Notes: generated by a model from the sequence alone, not told the origin. A DNA stretch of 60,569 bases from Candidatus Woesebacteria bacterium (GCA_020060845.1 JAGUZK010000043.1:1-60569), one strand, 5' to 3'; positions 40,416 through 49,450 are shown, counted from the stretch's first letter. Program-made: numbers and translations.

Positions 40416-40518
40416 GGGGACTAGATAGAGGGTGGAAATTAGATGGCGGGGCGCTTAGCGCTTTGCTTTTCGAACAAGTTGTGCTTGTTCTATCTAATTC
40501 TTCTCTCATCTAGTCCCC
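40416..40518. repeat. 103-bp element with perfect 11-bp terminal inverted repeats (MITE-like or long RNA hairpin)
   Basis: GGGGACTAGAT ... ATCTAGTCCCC. The arms extend imperfectly (AGAG/CTCT), with internal hairpins GAACAAG/CTTGTTC and GCGC-tta-GCGC. Confidence 0.5.
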
Positions 40519-40623
40519 CTTGGACACTCTCCTCTCTGGCTCTAGCCAAATCGCCCATATAGAGCAATAGGCATTAATCCAAATTGATAAATCTCCAGGT
40601 CATTCACCGAAGTGAATGCAAAA

Positions 40624-41640
40624 TTACTTGGTGGCATAGATGAAATTGCCGCCAATATCAGAGCCGAATCCAAGTTTATCTCCAAAGGGAATTAAACTTA
40701 CAAACCAGGCGTAGTTGTATGCAACAAATTGCCCACTGCCTGTGAAGATGGCCACGCCGGAATCGTTGGGGGAAATGGCTACTGCCCCTACTCCCCTAAA
40801 GATATCGTTAAAAGCTTCCACTGCAGATAACCATCGTAGCTGCAGCTTTCCTGAGCGGCAAACAAGGTCTCCACCAGATGGCTTCCATTCAACGCGCTCG
40901 CAATACTCATCTGATGAGTAATAGACCCCGTTGCTGTAAAGCACTGCTAATGTGCCCCCAGGAGTGGTAAAGGCCAGCTTATAGGACTGCGCGTCAAGAG
41001 GGACACTGTGGGGGTAACTACCTTTGTACTCGGTCTTTTCGACTTTGCCAGTGAGGTAATTCCCCTTGTATAGGTATCCGTCTTTTCCTCGGAAGTAAAT
41101 CCAGTCTTCCTGAACTAGAACGAATTCTGGTTCGTATCCTACCAGATGACCGAAGCGGTCGATCCGGTTAAGACCGAAGTCATAGACACGAATCGTCCAT
41201 TCACCGCCGGGCTCTTGAACTTGTGCCGAGAAGGCACAATTGTCCCGCGAAATTGTGGGATTACGGAAAGACGCGGCAGCAGCAAATGTCAGATTTGAGA
41301 CGAAGACAGGCCATCCCACTGGATCAATCTCGTAGTATAATATCTCCCACGAGTGGGATTTTTCGTCCCAAACTTCCTGCAGGTATGGCCAAACAGGGCA
41401 TACTTTCACCCTGCCTTCTTCCGGCTTGACGAAAACGGCGGTTTTCAGTGGCAGGGGCGTCTTCGTCTCGCTCGGCGGCGGGCAGCTCGGGTGCGTGGGA
41501 TTGCGACGACACCCCTCGATGCTCATCGCCGTAGCCGCGCTGGTGTTGCTCTGGGGAACTGAAATTGCCACCATGAGCAGGAAAAAGAACAGGGCGGTGA
41601 TAACCGACAGGATACGAAACAGTTTCTGGTTGCGGTTCAT
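40624..41640 (-). CDS. Secreted hypothetical protein (signal peptide plus Pro-rich linker)
   Basis: AAGGAG, 8 nt, then ATG at 41640 (MNRNQKLFRILSVITALFFFLLMVAISV...). Visibly higher G+C than its surroundings. No family recognised. Confidence 0.6.
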   Translation of the reverse strand: MNRNQKLFRILSVITALFFFLLMVAISVPQSNTSAATAMSIEGCRRNPTHPSCPPPSETKTPLPLKTAVFVKPEEGRVKVCPVWPYLQEVWDEKSHSWEILYYEIDPVGWPVFVSNLTFAAAASFRNPTISRDNCAFSAQVQEPGGEWTIRVYDFGLNRIDRFGHLVGYEPEFVLVQEDWIYFRGKDGYLYKGNYLTGKVEKTEYKGSYPHSVPLDAQSYKLAFTTPGGTLAVLYSNGVYYSSDEYCERVEWKPSGGDLVCRSGKLQLRWLSAVEAFNDIFRGVGAVAISPNDSGVAIFTGSGQFVAYNYAWFVSLIPFGDKLGFGSDIGGNFIYATK

Positions 41641-42605
41641 CTCAAAAAACTCCTTTTGGACTAGATTAAAATGGTTCGACCCAATTTTCCTTGCGAGCCA
41701 TTTGAGCTGTGACACTTGGCGTGTGACTTTCACTTCTTTGCCAATGTCATCAGGGCCTTGTTTTCTACTCAGACATTGAGGATTGCGATCTCGACTAGGT
41801 CGAAGAAAGCCTAACTCATGCTTTTTGAAAGCAGGTGCCTTTGTAAGTACCTCACTAGAGGGTGGGGAAGAAACAAGCTTATGGCTTATTTTCTCCGTAC
41901 CCTCTATGAGGATATTGCCTTCAGTAATTTTTACCCGGATATTTAAAAGAGCGATATTAAGTTTCTAACTAACTAAATTTTGCTGTGAGCTATTCACAAC
42001 TTATTCAGTGTTATTAGAAAACTTAAACTGACCTTAACGGTCAGTTGAAAGAGGGCAGTGTTCATAGAAAATTTTGGATCCACCGCAAACCTCTCTCAGC
42101 TAACCGCTAGTGAAATTTCTTTGAGGCCTTAGAGGGATTATTGCGTTGGTGGGTCCAGACAATTTATTAAATTATCCAGACCCCTTAAACGCAAAATCCA
42201 CCTTTAGAGAGGTGGGTAATTATTTAACTATCAAAAAGACAGTTAATCAAAAAATTTTTTAATTAACCGTTACCAGAATCTTGCCAGCTCTGGTAGGGCT
42301 GTCCTCTAAAGCATCTATTATCCTTAGCAAAATGCTTTGGATGTGTAAATTTTCAATTTTTAATTACCCCAGAATAGAAGCTAGTTCAAAACCTTGAGGT
42401 TTTGAGAGCTTCGCTAGCTTATAGCATCTGAGTTCACTATCTCTGCTCGAATTCTAGGAAATTCTCGCAGGTATTGAAATCAGCTGTAATATTAAATTAT
42501 CCTAGAGTGTAAGCAGTCTAGCATATAGAGTGCTATTTGTCAAGTCTCCGCCTTAGGCGGAGTGGTGGGTTGTGAGAAATGAGTAGTGAGTCGTAGAATA
42601 GATAA

Positions 42606-42965
42606 GTGAAGAAAAAGATACAAAGACTTGAAGATATTGAAGTATATAAAGAATCTCTTGTTTTAGCCAAAGAGGTTTTTGACCTTTGCAAGAATCCTAG
42701 CCTAAAAAAAGAGTATTCGATATGTGAACAAATAAAGCGAGCTTGTGTTTCGGTATCTGCTAATATCGCAGAGGGTTATGGAAGACTAATAAGGAAGGAC
42801 TTTTCGCAGTTTCTTTCGATAGCTTTAGGTTCAGTGAACGAGACAGTGGCTTTGCTTGATATTATTGGGGTCAATTTTAGCAATATCGATATAAGAGCTT
42901 TACGGTCAAGCTATAATATTTTGGGGAAGCGAATATACGCTTACAGAAGGAGGTTGTTGTATTGA
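42606..42965 (+). CDS. Four-helix-bundle protein (23S rRNA intervening-sequence protein / Avd-like family)
   Basis: LEDIEVYKESLVLAKEVF...QIKRACVSVSANIAEGYGR...FLSIALGSVNETVALLDI matches the family signature as I recall it. Confidence 0.8.
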   Translation: MKKKIQRLEDIEVYKESLVLAKEVFDLCKNPSLKKEYSICEQIKRACVSVSANIAEGYGRLIRKDFSQFLSIALGSVNETVALLDIIGVNFSNIDIRALRSSYNILGKRIYAYRRRLLY

Positions 42966-43092
42966 ACGCACAACTCATCACTCACTTCTCACTACGATAG
43001 TCGGTACAATCCGAAGACCTTATACATTTTCACACTATCTTTTCACGAGTTCAGATTGAGGCTGGCTATATAAAGGTACCGCTTTTTGATTA

Positions 43093-44052
43093 TTAATGCG
43101 ATGGTTCACGGTCGGATATCATAAAAGGGTAGAAAGGGTAAAAGTCAACTTCTTGAATAATCGGATATACTGTAAGAAGTCTGTCTATGAATTTATTTTT
43201 ACCTATTTCGCTTTTGGGGGATTTGTGTATTTCTTCTTTTGTTTTACCTCCAGCAATGGCTTCGCGGATAAGATATTCGTGTTCGGAGGGTAGCACGAAA
43301 ACTAATTCTCCTTTTTTAACGATAATTGGAGCGTCTCTTCTTATCTCTCGAGGATCTGAATCTGGTAAAAAATTTTTTGGAAGCTTTTGATACAAAAGAT
43401 CGATTATTCTTTCTATTTCACTTAAAGTTACAAAATCGAGCCTAAATCCTTTATGTTTGGGTAAATTGGCGATAAGTCGGGATAATTGATTTTCTCCACT
43501 ACCATCTGTAAACCAGCCGAGCTTGGGCATTCGTTTATCAAAGTCGATTTCGAATTGTTGAAGATGTCTTAAAATATCTTTTTTCTCCATTCCCCTTGCT
43601 GCCATTGCCACTAGTCCCACGACCCACCCTTGTTCGCTAATGATAGTATCAATTTCGTTTTTTACATCGGGAGGTTTTGCGCATACTACTTGATTAACCC
43701 CGATAACCCAGGATGGTAAAAAAAGTTTTACATCTCTAAATGGTGTTTTGCCGACAACTCTTTTGGTCACAAAAGCCATTTGGTTGGCATATCTTATTAA
43801 AAAGGATTGTTTCTCGGGAGGGCTTTTTAGAGTTTCTGCAACTGCTTTCCAGGGGTCTTTTCTGGGGTTGGGGAAATATAGCCCAACAGTTGTTTGGGTA
43901 AATTCAATCGGAGTTTTCGGTGACATTGTGGCAAGGTATGTAAGCATCTCACGGGTTCCGTACCTTCTTCTGAAAGCATGCCCTACATCTGTGTTTGGAT
44001 CAGGGCCAAGTAATGCAACTGCAGCAATCCTTTTAATAGTACTTGCATTCAA
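43093..44052 (-). CDS. Hypothetical protein, probably co-transcribed with the ATPase at 44151-46400
   Basis: 319-aa ORF, same strand, 98 nt downstream of the ATPase gene. No motif recognised. Confidence 0.55.
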   Translation of the reverse strand: MNASTIKRIAAVALLGPDPNTDVGHAFRRRYGTREMLTYLATMSPKTPIEFTQTTVGLYFPNPRKDPWKAVAETLKSPPEKQSFLIRYANQMAFVTKRVVGKTPFRDVKLFLPSWVIGVNQVVCAKPPDVKNEIDTIISEQGWVVGLVAMAARGMEKKDILRHLQQFEIDFDKRMPKLGWFTDGSGENQLSRLIANLPKHKGFRLDFVTLSEIERIIDLLYQKLPKNFLPDSDPREIRRDAPIIVKKGELVFVLPSEHEYLIREAIAGGKTKEEIHKSPKSEIGKNKFIDRLLTVYPIIQEVDFYPFYPFMISDREPSH

Positions 44053-44150
44053 TTCTTGAGGGGTTAGAACACGAGTTTCGGTTCCGTTTATGATTTCTTC
44101 GTATTGAAAGTTTTCTTTTGAAGAAGTACTACCTTCACTTATTGATAAAA

Positions 44151-46400
44151 TTATTTGTGTTCAAGAATTGTAACCTCATTGGGAGTTCCGGTTTGGTTTT
44201 CCTCAATTTCTGTATTTTCAAGTTCTCGAACTTTTTCGTTTTTCAGTTTTTTTGCATACCTTTCTCTTGAGACTCTGATTACTTTTTCGCGGTTCTGATT
44301 TCGTGACATTGGGAGAGGGAGCGTGGTTGCAACAAACGGTCTTACAATATGGCCATCGATTGTCATTCTTATTGCAATTTGGAAGTTCTGCAGGTTGACA
44401 AGGTCGTTTTGTGAAAAAACCTCTGCGAATTCTTTATGTATTCTTGATGCATCTTCAGCTCCAACTGCAAAAGCAATTAGCGTTCCTGCGTTCCCCAAGA
44501 TAGCCTTGGTAACATGTTCCGGGAGCTGACCCATATATTGATTTGCTAAAGTTAGGGAAAGACCAAATTTTCTTGCTTCGGAGAGTATCTTGATAAATGA
44601 ATCTGTGGCAAAATTCTGAAACTCATCAACATATAGAAAAAAGGGAGTCCTTTGCTCTTTGGAGATATCTACTCTTCTCATTGCAGCAAGTTGGAATTTG
44701 GTAATGAGTGTGGCCCCTAGCAAAGCCGCATTATCTTCACCGAGCCGTCCTTGAGAAAGATTTGCAATAAAGATTTTTTTATTATTGATAACTTCATCAA
44801 GCGAAACTGTTGATTTTGGGTAGCCGATAACCCGCCGTATTATAGGGGATGTAACAAACTGCCCGACCTTATTTTGGATGGGAGCTATTGCTTCCTTTTG
44901 AAGCCTATCTGGCATCTTCTCAAATTCTTCTTTCCAAAAGTGGATTAAAGCTGGATCATTAATCTTTGAATAGACCCTATTTCTGTAGGAGCGGTTGGCT
45001 AAAAGGCTTAAAACATCCGATAGCGTGGTTCCAGGAATTTCAGTCAGAGTTAAGAATGAATTACGGAGTATATATTCCATCCTTGCAGACCAGACATTTG
45101 CCCAGACTTTAGTAAAAATGCTCATCAGTCCCGATGTAACAAGTTCTGCTTCTTCTCGATTTGTAACTTCGAGTGGATTAATGGTAATAGGGAATTCCCT
45201 ATCTGCTGGGTTAAAGTAGATTGTATCATTTATGCGATTTTTGGGTATGTAATCAAGCAGATCCTCGCAAAGATCTCCATGCGGGTCAATTACAGCAACA
45301 CCTCGACCTTTTTTAAAATCGTCTATTGCCATATTGGCTATCATTGTGGATTTACCGGTACCAGTTTTTCCCACTGTCCATATGTGTCGGAGCCGATCGG
45401 CATCTTTTATGCCAAAAATAGCATTGTGGTTTTTAAAGATCGTTTTAGCGAAGAAGTTTATTTGAAGCTTTTGAGACTCATCTAGCCCTTCTGCTATTGG
45501 CAGGTTGTTTGGAGGTTCTGAGAGTATGTCTCCTCCCCAGGCAACTCCCGGAACCTTAATCTTTTCATTTGGAAGGTGCCAGAGGGTTGCTATTTCCTCA
45601 ATGTTTAAGATGTTCCCTCCCAGGACACGGCGATTCAGAGTAAAGCTTTTTTCGCGGTTTTTGTCAAACAAAGGTATTTTAAAAACTTTTATTGAGTTTC
45701 CATCAGGACGATTAAAAACCCCCAAGGCGGATAAAAATTCGGTTTGTGTTGTATTTGAATTACTGATAAGCCGTAAACTTACCCTAAACCCCGGGTAATT
45801 AATTTTTTCAAAAATAATATTTGCATCCGGTCTTCTGGTATATGTACCGTCGTCTCTTCTCGTTCCTCTTTCAGCAAAGTCCCTGGCTCTTGATTGCCAA
45901 ATTTCATCTACTGACTCAAGTGCTATCTGAAAAACAAAGACTCCTCCTCTTTCCATCTTTGTTAGGACAGCAAGCAGGGATGAGAGCGGGTCTATCTCGC
46001 TAAAATCTTTATAAACTGCTAGAGGGTAGTAATTTCCTCTTACCAGAGTTAGGCTGATAATATTTAAGTTCTCATTTTTTAGTGGATCTGAAATTTTTTG
46101 GATTGTAGATGTGGGGTAGTTTGATTGAATTTGGGACTCAATAAAAGGTATTAGTTCTTTGTCTGCACTTATCAAAAAGCTTATCTCTTGACCGATTGAA
46201 GCAATTTCCAGAGCTAGACCCTTTGGTTTTTTCCCGAGTAAGATTTTTTCCCAAAATCCAACGCCGTTGATTTTGGTGAGAGCTGAAAGCATTGTCTTTG
46301 CAGCCTCGGGGGTGGTAGACGAATCGCGAGGGGTTTTTATTGAGAGTGTGATAATTTCTGACATAGCTAGTTTATTATACATAAAAGATAGATTAAACAA
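44151..46400 (-). CDS. FtsK/HerA/VirD4-superfamily P-loop ATPase (type IV coupling-protein-like) with unknown ~300-aa N-terminal domain
   Basis: Walker A VGKTGTGKST, VIDPHGD, Walker B FFLYVDEFQNF, and ARKFGLSLTLANQYMGQL resemble TraD/TraG/VirD4-type NTPases. The likely start is MSEIITL at 46364. Confidence 0.65.
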   Translation of the reverse strand: MFNLSFMYNKLAMSEIITLSIKTPRDSSTTPEAAKTMLSALTKINGVGFWEKILLGKKPKGLALEIASIGQEISFLISADKELIPFIESQIQSNYPTSTIQKISDPLKNENLNIISLTLVRGNYYPLAVYKDFSEIDPLSSLLAVLTKMERGGVFVFQIALESVDEIWQSRARDFAERGTRRDDGTYTRRPDANIIFEKINYPGFRVSLRLISNSNTTQTEFLSALGVFNRPDGNSIKVFKIPLFDKNREKSFTLNRRVLGGNILNIEEIATLWHLPNEKIKVPGVAWGGDILSEPPNNLPIAEGLDESQKLQINFFAKTIFKNHNAIFGIKDADRLRHIWTVGKTGTGKSTMIANMAIDDFKKGRGVAVIDPHGDLCEDLLDYIPKNRINDTIYFNPADREFPITINPLEVTNREEAELVTSGLMSIFTKVWANVWSARMEYILRNSFLTLTEIPGTTLSDVLSLLANRSYRNRVYSKINDPALIHFWKEEFEKMPDRLQKEAIAPIQNKVGQFVTSPIIRRVIGYPKSTVSLDEVINNKKIFIANLSQGRLGEDNAALLGATLITKFQLAAMRRVDISKEQRTPFFLYVDEFQNFATDSFIKILSEARKFGLSLTLANQYMGQLPEHVTKAILGNAGTLIAFAVGAEDASRIHKEFAEVFSQNDLVNLQNFQIAIRMTIDGHIVRPFVATTLPLPMSRNQNREKVIRVSRERYAKKLKNEKVRELENTEIEENQTGTPNEVTILEHK

Positions 46401-46647
46401 GGGAGAAGTAAGTATTGGCGTCCAGAGGGGGGGCGTTGTGTCTGGTGGAAATTGGTTGCCTCTTTTGGGTGTTGGGATGGTTTCTATTTTTACTTTTTGA
46501 TTTTTGATCTATTAGATTTTGTGGCCAATTTGTGATAAATTTATAAAAGCAAGTAACTTGAAAAGTATTTTGAGCTTGATGTTTGTGGTCTAGCGGTAAA
46601 GCATTTCTGACAAGACGAGAGTTTTGCTTAAAATTGTAAGTATTTTT

Positions 46648-46720
46648 GCGCGAGTGGCTCAGTGGTTAGAGCACCTTCCTGATAAGAAGGGGGCCGCAGG
46701 TTCGATTCCTGCCTCGCGCA
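46648..46720 (+). tRNA. tRNA-Ile (anticodon GAU)
   Basis: Acceptor GCGCGAG/CUCGCGC, anticodon arm CCUUC-CUGAUAA-GAAGG, T-arm GCAGG-UUCGAUU-CCUGC. Confidence 0.9.
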
Positions 46721-46820
46721 CCCCCATGTACTGGGATCAGACTGTAGGGATTGTAGTAAAGGTTATTGGAGCTCTCGAAAAGAGGTGTAATTGGATAGGC
46801 AGGGATTAAGACGGTGAGGT

Positions 46821-47583
46821 TTGAAATACTTGCAGACTGTGGCAATTATGAAGCTAAAATTTCCCAAATCGCCAACTACATCTTGGGTTATACGAACAAA
46901 GAATGAGGAAAAATGGCTGGGTGAAGTATTAAAAGCCCTTTTTATGCAGAGCCGGTTGGATTTTGAAGTAGTAATTATGGATTCTGGGTCAACAGATAGG
47001 ACCCTAGAAATTGCAAAAGATTTTCCAATTAGAAAAGTTATCAATCTGCCTGAAAATGAATTCAACTACAGTTATGCGCTTAATCTTGGAATTAAAAAGG
47101 CTTGGGGCAAATATGTAGGAATTATCTCTGGTCATTCACTTCCTGTAAGCCGCACATGGTATCAGGATGCAATGGAAAACTTCTCTGACCCAAAAATGGC
47201 AGCTGTGACAGGACACTATACCTCTCTTCCTGATGGTTCCTTAGACGAAAAACTCGGAGATTTATTTTTTAGTCTGAAGCGCTTAGAGAAAGAGTTTTAC
47301 TGTAAGTGGATGACCAATACCAACGCGATTATTAGAAAAGATTTATGGGAAAAAGTATCCTTTTGATGAAAGGCTAGAAGAATGTGAGGATTATGATTGG
47401 GCATGTGAGATGATTGCTCGAGGTTGGAACATAGTTAAAGACCCAAAATTTAATGTCTATCATTCCCATGGTGGAATTGGTAGACCTACCTATATAGAAA
47501 GACTCCCAACTTGGCAAAGGGTTTGTGCTTTAATTGACAAGAAGAAGAGACCAAGCAGGTCGTATTCAAGATTGTTTGGCTGA
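46821..47583 (+). pseudogene. Family 2 glycosyltransferase interrupted by a frameshift (or sequencing error) near 47345-47366
   Basis: The N-terminal part (VIRTKNEEKWL...VIMDSGSTDRT) stops at 47366. The next frame continues YPFDERLEECEDYDWACEMIARGWNIVKDPKFNVYHSHGG... to TGA at 47581-47583. The shift lies at the GGGAAAAAG run. Confidence 0.7.
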
Positions 47584-47750
47584 GTTTTTTCTTCTGTAGT
47601 TTGAAAAGATCTGCTTGGTCTGACATTAACCTTTTTTACAAGAATGTAGGGGTGTTTGAGTTATAAGGTTAATTTCTTTGCTGCGAAAGAGGTAAAACCA
47701 GGCTAGCGAAAGGAATTTGCAAGGTGAGGAGGCTTGGTAGCATGCCATTT

Positions 47751-49415
47751 CTAATGATTTCCATACGCGTCTGCCATATATTGAGTTTTCTCCGACATTA
47801 TTCTTAAGAGGTCCGTTTTTTCATTCTTGATTATATTTCTTAGCTCAGAAATATTTTTGACCCCCAGATCCGCCAGGGTTCGCGCTGCATAACTTAAGTA
47901 CTCATTTATCCAAAAAGACATCGAGTTTGCCTTCTTTTCAAGGTACATAAAACCAGGTTTCCCTTCAGGGTTATATGTCCTTCCTGAGGCGTCTGACCTT
48001 TTCTGTCTTATATTTTCGTCTTCAGACTCAATTAATTGAGTTACAGGACTTGCAGATCCGGGATAAGGTTGGCACACCTTACCATTTAAGTGTTGGAAAA
48101 ATAAGTCTCCGGTTTCAATTGTCCCGTGTACCATTTTCTGGTTACCAAGGCAGCAGTCTATACCCATTATCAGGGCGGTCCCTATTGATCTGTCGATACC
48201 TCCCTCTACTATTACTGAGGTAGAGTTAAAAACAGGATCGGTTACAACATTATAGACATCTTCGACGGTTGTTATTGCCATTCCGTTTATGGCTGATGTG
48301 CACTGTTGTCCGCCACCATGTCCAAAGACGAGGGCATCCACACGGATCTTGGGAGAAATCAACCTTAATGCTTGATTTTTGTCGGCGATTTGACCTACAA
48401 AAATTTCAATTGTATCTCCAAATTCGGCCCTTAATGCCTGTGCCATGTCTATTACTCTTTTGTCTGATCCGATGGTATAGATTCTAAAAAGCCTGATTCC
48501 AGCTTTTTCATAAAGTTTTTTGGCAACTTTAATCTCCTCCTCAACATCAATTCCTATTGATGCACCAATGTTTCTATTGACTCTTTCTTTTTCTGCAGGG
48601 GGGATCTTAAGTTGATCAATGGTTGACTTTGCCTTGTTAGCAAGTGAAATTCTTCTTTCTATATCAAAAGCGAAAATAGAATTTCTGGGGATAAAGCAGG
48701 GCATATAGGCAATTGCCGCTGTGACAAGCGTATCTCTCCAGCCAGTAACGGGAGGCATTGACCCCAGCCCTATTATTCTCCTTGGATATTTACCGACCTT
48801 GTTGAAAAGACCGCTAGTTAAGATTTCGCGCCTGCTTATTATTCTGTCGGTGCTTCTCTTTTTATATCCTAGCTCGGAAAATGCGGGAGTTCGGGTTGGA
48901 AACGGGTAGCTTTTGCTAAATCCTAGAGAGGCCTCAATAGTTTTGGATCTTTGATTGGATCGAGGGGGAATACTAATAATTTGTGCTTCAAGGTCATGGA
49001 TTATTTTGTATATTGTCTCGTTTTGGTTTTGGTCAAAGAAAACTGCTCGTTGGGCAAGTGCAACCTTTCGCCTTTGAGGTCCCATTTGCAAGATCAAGGG
49101 AATGCTGTTTTTGAATACCAGCCTAGTGCTATCAATGTTAGTTATTATTAACCCCAAGCTTGGTGAGTCATGTTTATAAAAATAGCGAGTATAAAAGGTC
49201 TTTGTATCAGCTATGATATCTGGGTAGTGTTTTAACTTATCTGTGTCATCAAGACATTCAAGATGGTAAGCAAAGTCAAGCCCGTTTTTACTTATTTGAT
49301 CATATCTTATTCTTGATATCTCCTCGGGATATGGTTCGGGAAGAGGGTGGGAGTATCCGATCTTTTTTCCTTTGGGGTCGACAACTCTTGCAAGGGTAAT
49401 ACCTTTTTTGTACAT
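47751..49415 (-). CDS. IMPDH/GMP-reductase-family TIM-barrel protein with a long unrelated N-terminal region
   Basis: The C-terminal half has FGHGGGQQCTS (catalytic Cys loop-like) and VIVEGGIDRSIGTALIMG (phosphate-binding-like). The N-terminal ~250 aa were not recognised. Confidence 0.55.
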   Translation of the reverse strand: MYKKGITLARVVDPKGKKIGYSHPLPEPYPEEISRIRYDQISKNGLDFAYHLECLDDTDKLKHYPDIIADTKTFYTRYFYKHDSPSLGLIITNIDSTRLVFKNSIPLILQMGPQRRKVALAQRAVFFDQNQNETIYKIIHDLEAQIISIPPRSNQRSKTIEASLGFSKSYPFPTRTPAFSELGYKKRSTDRIISRREILTSGLFNKVGKYPRRIIGLGSMPPVTGWRDTLVTAAIAYMPCFIPRNSIFAFDIERRISLANKAKSTIDQLKIPPAEKERVNRNIGASIGIDVEEEIKVAKKLYEKAGIRLFRIYTIGSDKRVIDMAQALRAEFGDTIEIFVGQIADKNQALRLISPKIRVDALVFGHGGGQQCTSAINGMAITTVEDVYNVVTDPVFNSTSVIVEGGIDRSIGTALIMGIDCCLGNQKMVHGTIETGDLFFQHLNGKVCQPYPGSASPVTQLIESEDENIRQKRSDASGRTYNPEGKPGFMYLEKKANSMSFWINEYLSYAARTLADLGVKNISELRNIIKNEKTDLLRIMSEKTQYMADAYGNH

Positions 49416-49450
49416 GATAAAACCGCAAAAATGATATATTATTTCTGGGA

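Noticed and set aside
41742-41750. Additional CUGAUGA boxes (minus strand at about 41748 and 39832-39838; plus strand inside CDSs at about 16331, 22518, 28566 and 40908)
   Set aside because: None is followed by a stem II plus GAAA plus a stem III/GUH arrangement. They are chance heptamers.
42606-42965. Diversity-generating retroelement, suggested by the Avd-family four-helix-bundle gene
   Set aside because: No reverse transcriptase (no YxDD-type ORF) is present. I noticed no template/variable repeat pair with A-specific mismatches in this window.
46578-46620. tRNA-like fragment GTGGTCTAGCGGTAAAGC... just upstream of tRNA-Ile
   Set aside because: Only a D-arm-like piece is present. There is no anticodon arm, T-arm or acceptor pairing. 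It may be a tRNA remnant but cannot be called.
46624-46809. 61-aa ORF overlapping tRNA-Ile
   Set aside because: It covers a clear tRNA gene and has no SD.
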